Source of the DNA: Eledone cirrhosa
Taxonomy: Eukaryota
Direction: 5' to 3'
NCBI GenBank assembly: GCA_964016885.1
Contig: OZ024740.1
Coordinates: forward strand, 364,064,001 to 364,128,000
Length of the DNA stretch: 64,000 nt
Below are positions 54,368 to 64,000 of this stretch, piece after piece (position 1 is the stretch's first letter; every line of letters starts with the position of its first letter). A program made the translations under genes and the position numbers. The notes beneath the pieces are model-generated. The model was given only the letters and a program-made list of their open reading frames with translations. It was not told the origin of the DNA and made no database searches.

Positions 54368-55941
54368 TTTGCTCTAATCTAGACATTAAATTTTCCAAAG
54401 TGATCGCGCCGAGAATACATTCAAAATGGCTAAGAATCATGCCGTAGGAGCGGACAGGTTGGAAGGGGTGTGGTAGTTGCTTACGGCTGGTGGCTATTTG
54501 CTAGAAAGCACAGCACAATACAGCCAAATTTGTATCTCAACCTAATGGGAGATTTTTACATATAAAGGTTTACATATATATATATATATATATACATACA
54601 TACATATACGTATTTTGCAACGGGTCACATTGTGGCTCAATGAAAAGTTAATAAATTAAATAATCAGAGCTATATATCATAAAACATGTCTATAGAATCA
54701 CCAGATAAAATATATACCATTTCCTCTCCCAATTAGCATAATCAACTATATAAAAAATTGAATAGACCAGGCTATAAAAATTGAATAGACCAGGCTATGT
54801 ATATATATATTAGAAAATAACAGGAGGCTGCACTGGTGTAATTCCTTAAAAGGTTTATTATACTATGGTCCAGGTGGGCGGTAGACATATCTTAATGCAG
54901 CCAAAATCCGAATGGTGTATAGTTAGTCCCATGCTGGCGATAGCTTTACACTGGAGCCAGGCCCCTGTTCATTATTACATCTGAAGAGCGGTGAATTGGC
55001 AGTATCGGTAGAGGGTCGGACATGCTTTCCAGCATAGTTACGTCCCTTTACGATCTGAGTTCAAATCCTGCCGAGGTTAACTTTGCCTTTCATCCTTGCG
55101 GTGTCGATAAAATAAAGTACCAGTAATGTACTGGGATAATTGCTGGCCTTGTGCCAAAAGTAGAAACAAGTATTACATCTGAAAGCGCTCGACATTTCCT
55201 GGAGCATTATTTATTTAGGTTTGTTGGTTCACCACTGGATAGAACTGGTCATTCCGTATGGTCAACCTCGATGTAATATTATGGAAAGCACTCGACGTAA
55301 TACAACTCACCATTCGGATTTTGGCTGCATTAAGATATGTCTACCGCCCACCCGGACCATGCATTGCTGCTTCCCTGTCGTGAATACTCAGACTATGTCA
55401 GACCTCATAGATTCTTCAAAAAATCAACATATTCTACTATACCCTGTATTGTATTGACTGAATTCTCTATCCTATATTTCAGGGCTTTTGGGATTCACTT
55501 GGAAAATTAAGACTGGAACCTACACTATGTATCATCTGATACCTCTCCAACTCTTCCATCCTCTATATCTATATGTATTACCTTGTATTCTCCAACCGTG
55601 CTATCTATTGTCCATTTACTGCACCTTGATCTGAATTTTATTTCTTATGTATTTTGATTTCTTCGATATGTTCTTATATACTTCCATTTTACTCCCTCAA
55701 TTACCACCCTAGGTATGACTGCATTTTATTTATGCATTTTACTTATGTGGTTATTTATGTTTTTATTTATTCACTTTACTCTCCTTATATACTTATCCTT
55801 GTACTCATTAGCACACGACCCTAGAAATATTACTCTCTGTACCCTTTATATTTGTTTATCTTTATTCACTCCCCCTACCCACTCAAGATTTACACTACAT
55901 ATAACCCGGACTAACTGGGGACTAATTATAGTCTATTGACA

Positions 55942-57898
55942 TGTAGCAGTTGCCTCCCTTGTTGTGACACTCACAACACCATCTAGACAGGAAGTAGAAC
56001 CCTTTCTGTAACTTCCGGTCAGAACCCTATAAAACTAACAACTTTAAGTTCTCACTCTCTCATTTGCCCTACCGGCGCCTGGCCTTCGCCAGGCGTCTTC
56101 TGCCAGCCGCGTTTGCCTGGCAATCAAAACGGTAACTACTAACTTTGCTTCATTCTTTCGTTTATTCATTGACATGTCAACTATACTGTTAAATTGTTGA
56201 TTAAATATTATACACACAAACGATATCTCCTTGTTACATTCATACACGCTAGTATTTCCGCTATATTGGTAACCCTGACGTGATACGAACACGCAGCCGT
56301 TCATTGTTATAAGTGGTCACCCCGAAAAAAAAAAATAGCAGAATCTGGTGTTGTGTGAGTAACATTACGAATACACAGCAAATTTATTGACAAACTATGA
56401 AAATACTCAGTCAAAGAAACGCACACACGCACATGTGAAATTCGCGTTCAGACAGACTTTTTCTCTCACGCATCAACTAACTGTCGCATTTCACGATATA
56501 TATATATATGTTTCTCGTTTCTTACAACGAACACTTTCAAAACAAAAAAAAAAGAAATTTGATATTTTTTTTTTTTTTTTAAACATTTCAACAGGAACAT
56601 TTATTTTCGATGAACCATTGCCTTTTTTTTTTTTTTTTTTATCGTTTTCTTCATCGTTCAAGTTTTTTTTCAAAGTTCACACCAATAATTATGCTGAGTG
56701 AACCCTTTCTTTTTCATCATTGTCACTTTCACACTTGCACTATCATTTTCTCGCGCGTTAGAAATATTATTTTTTCAACCTAACTTAACCTTGTATTGGC
56801 ACGTGTAGGCAGCACAAATTCTCAACTCACGGAGATATCTCGACTCACAGAGATAGCCGCACGCCAGAGATAACGTTTCTCGCCAAGGATTCTTCAGCCT
56901 TAAGCTATATTCTCCTATTTGCCGGTTTAAAAATTAACCACGTAAATTTGCCGTTGAAAACTGCGCATTTATTCAGAATGCTTATTTCTTTGGTCGCTGG
57001 CCTCTTGACCATTCCAGTTCAACGCATTCTCAACATCGACCATCAACTTCGGCTGTTATTTCTAACACTTTGCGCAACTCACTTTTTCCGAAAAATTTTT
57101 TTTTACTGTGAATTTAAACACCGAATACGCTCACTCCGCGAGACAACAACATCAACAGCAACACAGCTTCATCAACAACCAAAACCAGCAGAACAAGCCA
57201 GAGAATTTATTTTTGCAGCACTCTTCCTGTGAGAAAATCCATTCGGAGGTTGGAAATTTCACGATATACCACAGAACAGAAACCACCTGCATTCATTCTC
57301 TGGAACACACTTTCTTTCCTGCTGTCATGTGATTGCACACCTGTGAACTATATTTTGTACATTTGAACTTTGAGCTCTTCTCTTACTTTATTACATTGTA
57401 TCTTTGGGTGATGGATAGATAGATGTCCAGTCGTTCTCTGGCCACCTTGATATCTATCATTGATTTTTGCAAACATTCTTTTGTCGTAATTTTCATGCCT
57501 GTTACAACATTCTCGCCAACTTGCTACATATTTCATTCGATTTTTATATTCTAAAATTCTGGCGGGAGGATATGTAGCAGTTGCCGCCCTTGTTGTGACA
57601 CTCACAACACCATCTAGACAGGAAGTAGAACCCTTTCTGTAACTTCCGGTCAGAACCCTATAAAACTAACAACTTTAAGTTCTCACTCTCTCATTTGCCC
57701 TACCGGCGCCTGACCTTCGCCAGGCGTCTTCTGCCAGCCGCGTTTGCCTGGCAATCAAAACGGTAACTACTAACTTTGCTTCATTCTTTCGTTTATTCAT
57801 TGACATGTCAACTATACTATCTACCATTGTTAATTAAATATTATACACACAAACGATGTCTCCTTGTTGCATTCATACACGCTAGTATTTCCGCTATA
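55942..57898 (+). mobile_element. Non-autonomous LTR retrotransposon (TRIM-like, probably Gypsy-mobilised)
   Basis: LTRs 55942-56265 and 57573-57898, 4-bp TSD gaca, PBS tggtaaccctgacgtgat (56267-56284) matching tRNA-Trp 3' end at 16 of 18 nt, purine tract ggcgggagga before the 3' LTR, no long internal ORF. Confidence 0.9.
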
Positions 57899-58990
57899 GA
57901 CACATTTCATCAGATTTTGCCACTTTTAAACTTCACGTCACGGGTGTGAATAACTAATAATCGTTTGGTACATGCGATGATCTGACGGATGTGGCGGCTT
58001 TCCTGACTGCACACCAGGCGCTCGGGTCGATCAGTCTTCCTAGAGTGCTTGGAAAAATTAAATTTCCCCTTCCTTCGGTAAACGAAAATACTCGGAACGG
58101 CTGTTTCGCCCTGGGCCCCTGTCAGACTTGGAATCCACCATGCAACAGGTTATTGACCGCCAAACAGTACCTTTAAATTCTAGGCTTTATCATAACTTTT
58201 AACTTTATCATGTCTCCTTCTACTAGCACTCAACTAAATCCCCCACCAGTGTGAATAACTAGTAATAGTTTGGTATATACGATAGCCAGCCGGCGGTGGC
58301 GGACTTCCCGCTAGCACACCCGACGCTTAATACAATTAACATTCCTGGTGTGCTCGGAAATATAAATTTCCCTTTCTTTCGCTAGACGAAAATACTCGGA
58401 ACAGCTGACACGCCGTTGGACCCCAGGCTGGCCAGGGGTCTGCAACGTCGCTGGTTAATGTCCGCTAAGCATGGGCTTAATCTTTACTCTATATTCCATC
58501 CTGAAACTTTATCGTGACTATCTATAATACACTTATACTTTTTCATAAAAGCCTCCTTCTGTAAATTCTTTAACTAAATCTCCCAACTTTAAACCTAAAT
58601 CTTACTTTTCTAATTTCATCTGAAATGGCACCTTTTAACTCTAAACATAAATTTAACATTTCTAATTGTTAATCGTAATTTCTGACCATACAATATACTG
58701 TGCTGACGCCCTATATATAGCTTTGTTAAGGAAATATCTTTTTTGAAAAAATATTTTTCGCGGCACTTTCTACCACTCCTGACCAGCTTGAATGTAACCT
58801 GATCTCACCGCTGGCCTCTGTCTATGACAGGGTGGTAGTAGTACACTATAAGCCTAGGCCCCTTCACCAAGGACATAAGAAGACTTAATAATCATCACTT
58901 GAGGGCGGTTGACCGGGCTAGAAGCTGCTAAATGTTCGGCCGCCCTCATGCCTCTGCTTTTCAGCCCCATGGATTTTGTCTATATTTCGA

Positions 58991-59048
58991 ATACCTGATG
59001 ATGTCACCGGATTCATACCGAACCCGGTCGTTGAAATGATCATAGTAT
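58991..59048 (+). ncRNA. Type I hammerhead ribozyme motif
   Basis: atac-CTGATGA-..accgg..ccggt..-GAAA-tgatca-TA-gtat followed by aataaa. Confidence 0.68.
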
Positions 59049-59613
59049 AATAAACCTTTTAAGGAATTACACCAGTCCAGCCTCCTGTTATTTTATAATA
59101 ATTAACTCCGTATTTGCACCACCAACAACACAAACGAAGATGGGTGAGTTGCATTACGTCGAGTGCTCTCCATAATATTACATCGAGGTTGACCATACGG
59201 AATGACCAGTTCTATCCAGTGGTGAACCAACAAACCTAAATAAATATATATATATACAAATATATACACATACATATTCATATACATACATAAACAAATA
59301 CACACACATACATATATACATGCATTCAATGAAGTACGTTATACATGTGGAAAAGCAGATAGGTAAGAAGTACTCACATAACCATAGTCCTGTGAGGCGG
59401 GTAGAGTTAGGGTGGGATGGTGGTGGAGGGGATATTATGTCGAATGGGATTTTTTTTAGCCATCTGGCATCAAAACTAGCTTAAGATATTTGAAAGCTGC
59501 AAAGTTTTTGTGCACGCAATTAGCCTTTAAAGGATTCCCTTTTCTTTAAACCCATCAACCAATGACCCCCACCAGAAAAGATATAAATACCACCATATTT
59601 ACTTGGACAGTCA

Positions 59614-59662
59614 GATTCCTGATGATTTCTCACGAATGAAACAGTTCTAGTCCTGTAGAAGC
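59614..59662 (+). ncRNA. Hammerhead-like motif, partly degenerate
   Basis: ttc-CTGATGA-tttctcacgaat-GAA-acag ttctagtc ctgt-A-gaa. Confidence 0.5.
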
Positions 59663-59796
59663 TTTTCTATATTAAACATTTATACTCTGCACTGTATTGA
59701 GTACCTTACTTACTGTGGTTACCCCCGATTGAACCCGGGATAACTTATATATATATATATATAAATACACACACACACATATATATATATATATGA

Positions 59797-60256
59797 ATGT
59801 ATGTATAGTATATCTGATAATATACTGTGTTTATTTTAAAACATTTTGAAGACCATTCGCTATGAGTTTTAAAGGGAAGCAACTGACAGCTGTTTCTCAT
59901 TTGTTAACGGTTATCAAGATTGCCTATCCCTCTGCTTCTGCCGACTTATCGAAGCTGGATTCTTATAGAATTCCAGTGATGTTTAAGCAGAGCAGTTGCC
60001 GGTCCAGCAAAAATTAAAAATTGGTATCAGTGCTCTGAAATAGCGATGTATGTATAGTATATTTGATAATATACTGTGTTTATTTTAAAACATTTTGAAG
60101 ACCATTCGCTATGAGTTTTAAAGTAGTGACTATGTCTCGGCAAAACCAAAGGGAAGCAACCAACAGCTGTTTCTCGTTTGTTAATGGTTATCAAGATTGC
60201 TTATCCCTCCGCTTCTGCTGAGACTTATTGAAGCTGGATTCTTATAGAATTCCAGC
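59797..60256 (+). repeat. Tandem duplication of a ~180-210 bp unit
   Basis: atgtatgtatagtata..ggattcttatagaattccag at 59797-59976 and 60047-60255. Confidence 0.8.
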
Positions 60257-62860
60257 ATGGATGGTTACACTGGGGTACATGGTGGCCACGGTTACAGCTC
60301 AAGAAATGAAGGAGTGAGACTTCTTGAATTTTGTGATGCAAGTGCACTAACTATTTGCAACACTAACTTCCAGAAACCTGCCAACCACCTAATAACCTAC
60401 AAATCTGGTGAGCACATAAGCCAGATTGACTTCTTACTAGTTAGGCAGTGGGACAGGCAGATAGTGTCTAATACCAAGGCATACCCTGGGGAAGAATGTA
60501 CCCCACAGCATAGGTTAGTTGTTAGTGATATCTCAGTAAGCAAGAGATGGAATGAGACATATAGGAAGGTGTGGAGAAGAAAGGTCTGGAAGCTAAAAGA
60601 CCTTTCACTAAAATACAAATTTAGGAAAGCCCTTCAAGATGTGTATGACGAAAAAGAAGACGATTTAGTCGTATGACATAGATGATAACTGGAATTTCTT
60701 ACGTGACAACTTACTGCAGGCTACTGAAGAAACTTGACTGGAGCAAGACAGACAGTGACCAGGTGGTGGAACAGCACGGTAGATAGGGCCATTAGAGACA
60801 AAAGACTAGCATGGAATGCTTGGAAAAATGGTGGGAGTAGAGAAGGATATACAGCCACTAAGAGAGAAGCTAGACGTCAGGTGTACTTAGCATGCAGGGA
60901 GGCTGAGAGTAGGAGGTTTGCCAATGTTCTGCAACGGGAAGATCAGAGATGTGCGGTGTTCCGCATTGCAAGGCAGTGTGTCAGTGCAAATCAGGATGTT
61001 GTTAGAGATAAATGTGTCCGGAATGATGCCGGTGTACTTTATTCCTCACTAAGCTCCATTCCTAGTGTCACGAATGATAAAAAAAAAGGAGGCCTTGAAA
61101 TGTCATTATGAGATACTGATGAATGTGGAGAACGAATTAGAGATAGAAATTACCCCCAGTAGATCCGACTGAGGGACCAGCTATTGAGATTGGCGAATAT
61201 AGGGTCCAAGAGGCGATTAAGGAAATGAAAAATGGTAAGGCTGCTGAACCATCGGGGATAGTTGCTGAGATGCTGAAGGCATCAGAGGACGTAGGCACTA
61301 AACTTGTTGCACGCATCATCAATCAGGCTATATATGGCGCTGTCATACCCAAAGACTGATGCAGCAGTATTCTCATAAATTGCTACAAAGGTAAAGGGGA
61401 TGCTCTGGAGAGGTGCAATTATAGGGGCATAAAACTGATGTATCAGGTTATGAAGTGGCAGAAAGGATATTAGTGCAACTAATTAGAGAAAGGGTCAAAC
61501 TAGATGAGATGCAGTTTGGTTTTGTGCCTGGGAAAAGTACAACAGATGCCCTCTTCTTAGTGAGACAATTACAAGAGAGGCTCTTAGAGAAGAATAAGTC
61601 ACTATACTTAGCTTTTGTTGACCTAGAGAAGGCCTTTGATAGAGTACCCCGATCTGTCATCTAGTGGTCCCTAAGGAAACTAGGTGTTGAGGAATGGCTC
61701 GTGAGGACAGTGCAAGCTTTGTAAAGAGGTGCTGTCAGTAAAGTAGGGGTAGGAATGGAGTTTAGTGAGGAATTCCAGATACAAGTAGGAGTACATCAGG
61801 GTTCAGTCCTCAGCCCACCCTTGTTCATTATAGTCCTCCAAGCCATAACAGAGGAGTTTAAGACTGGCTGCCCATGGGAACTTCTCTATGCTGACGATCT
61901 GGTTCTTATAGCAGAATCAGTAGAGGAGCTAGAGAACAAATTCTGGCTATGGAAACAGCATTTGTATTTAAGAGGACTCAGAGTGAACCTAGCTAAGACA
62001 AAAGTGTTGATAAGCAGAAAAGAGGACAAAACTCTGATTCCCTCAGGGAAATGGCCATGTTCGATATATAGAAAAGGAAATGGCATAAATTCTATAAAAT
62101 GTACACAATGCAGATATTGGTGGGTACACAAGAAATGTAGTGGGATAGCAGGTAAACTAACAGGAAGGGAAAACTACATATGCAGTAGATGTACAGGGAA
62201 ATTTGACAGTAGAAGTCACAGTGACAGACACATTTTTCAAATGCAAGTAGGTTCTATAGAAGTGGTTGATAGCTTCTGGTACCTAGGTGATCAGATTAGC
62301 ATGGGAGGAGGTGTTCCGAGGCCATAGTATCTAGAATAAGGACGGGTTGGAAGAAGTTTAGGGAGCTGCTTCATCTGCTGACGAAGAAGGGTTTGTCCTT
62401 GTGTATGAAAGGCTGGTTATGTTATGCCTGTGTGAGATGCTGCATGGTAGTGAGACATGGGCAGCAACTGCAGAGGATATGCAATGGCTGGAGAGAAATG
62501 AAGCAAGCATACTCCATTGGATGTGTAATGTCAATGTATGTGAACGACCAAGCATGGATGGGTTGAGAGAGAAACTGTGTATAAGAGGGATAAGTTGTAG
62601 TGTGCGGGAGAGAAGACTGTGATGGTATGAACATGTGATGTGCATGGAGGATGACCAGTGGGTAGTAGAAGGAAGACGCAGTAGAGGAAGACCACGAAAA
62701 ACATGGGCAGAGGTGGTGAGAGCGGACCTCAGATCGCTGAAGCTCACGGAGGAGATGACAAAGGCCCGTGATAAGTGGAGAGATGCTGTGGTAAATAGGA
62801 CTCATCCCACCCGTGCAAGCAGGAAAAAGCGGACGTAAAATGGTGATGATGATGATGATG
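60257..62860 (+). mobile_element. RTE-clade LINE (APE C-terminus, RT, PHD-like finger), 5'-truncated and degenerate
   Basis: RNEGVRLLEFC, SQIDFLL, PQHRLV, QFGFVPGKSTTDA, FVDLEKAFDRV, GVHQGSVLSP, LLYADDL, GRPRKTW, (GAT)n tail. Confidence 0.93.
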
Positions 62861-62949
62861 TGTGTGTGTATGTATATATATATATATTATTCATATGGGT
62901 GATTGCTGCAACCCTTGAAAATGTTTCATGGTGAACTCATGCTGGGTAA

Positions 62950-63500
62950 AAAGTAAAAATGTATGCCAAGGAGGAGACACAGAGACTCTCTAATAGCGAA
63001 CTTAAAATGGCTTAACATATCCTACAAAAATCTTGAATCATGTGCACCAGATATAGAAGCCTGGAGAAATGCCATTTGGAATGGAGATAAAGCATTTGAA
63101 ATGGAGAAGAAAAATATGGAAGAATGAGGCCAACAGTAATAATGATGAATCTTATCCAGCATTGATTTCCAAATGGCCTGTGTGCTTTTCAATGCTGGCT
63201 TCAAGTCACACCAACGAGCACATGATAGTAAAGTCCAAGTTGACTATTCAAACTTTGTTGCAGAGAATAAGTTCCAGTGCCATATTTGTCAGAAAATTTG
63301 TAAATCAGGTGGTGGATTGAAGAGACATCTGAACATACAGAATAAGCAAACCAAAGTGAAGTCAAGCACAAAATGGACATCATTGTATTATTTGTGGGCA
63401 GGTGTTTCACAGACTTTCAAGACACAAAAGCCATTTGAGATCTCATGCCAAGAAGGAACGGAAGTGGTCAAGCTTTGTATAGAGCAGACAACAATCATGT
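62950..63500 (+). mobile_element. RTE-like LINE 3' fragment with C2H2 zinc-finger remnants
   Basis: AGFKSHQRAH..FQCHICQKICKSGGGLKRHL; 3' end resembles that of the short retroposon at 53352. Confidence 0.6.
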
Positions 63501-64000
63501 TCATATATATAGTTATCTATGCAAGTCATTGACATAAAAATTACACACTTTATGGCAATAATTGTTTCTACTTTTGGCACAAGGCCAGCGATTACCCAAT
63601 ACATTACTGGTACTTTATTTTATCGATCCCGGAAAGATGAAAGGCAAAGTTGACCTCGGTGGGATTTAAACTCAGAATGGAAAGGCCCGTAACTCTATGC
63701 GTCAAAGCATGGTTTCTGACCCTCTTCCGATACTGCCAATCCACCGCCTTTATGGCAATAATGCAATCCATAATGATTAAATTCACTCCAGAGGGTTACA
63801 ATGAAAAAATCATCAGCATTTGTAGTAATTGGGGTAGGGTGCCTGTTGTTGTGCAATAGGGTTCTTTGATTCTACTTATATGAAATAGTGAGAGTAAGAT
63901 ATAAGATTGCTTTCTTGGTATGAACAGAGATTTAGTTGCACCAATTAGAGAATATATTTCTGGTCTCTCTTCACGGAGGCTGTGTAAGTCTGGTGTGAGA

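Noticed and set aside
55942-56265. LTR element as a plant-type retrozyme
   Set aside because: No CUGANGA/GAAA core found inside the LTRs
63173-63532. Host C2H2 zinc-finger gene
   Set aside because: Frameshifted, no splice signals seen, and 3' end resembles RTE retroposon termini

Overview
AT-rich, microsatellite-dense animal genomic DNA; the repeat landscape suggests an octopus/cephalopod (inference). Bases 1039-43476 (+) hold the last 22 coding exons of a MALRD1-like receptor. I spliced these by hand into one open frame of about 747 aa with consistent GT-AG phases: LDLa-MAM-LDLa-MAM, Thr/Ser-rich stalk, 2x LDLa, EGF, transmembrane helix, and a tail with two NPxY motifs. The 5' part of the gene lies upstream of the window. 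Introns and the downstream 20 kb are packed with mobile elements: a CRE-like LINE, RTE and CR1 LINE fragments, a decayed Penelope-like element, two non-autonomous Helitrons, a non-coding LTR element with a tRNA-Trp PBS, SINEs and MITEs. Most notable: about a dozen Penelope-type hammerhead ribozyme motifs (several with intact cores, often in foldback structures), a recent 2.1-2.3 kb duplication that adds a stalk exon, a near-identical inverted repeat pair bracketing the transmembrane exon, a templated copy of an exon end inside a SINE, and a 48-bp SINE module with a covarying pseudoknot that has been amplified into separate tandem arrays. Everything was read by eye; no alignments, folding or database searches were run.
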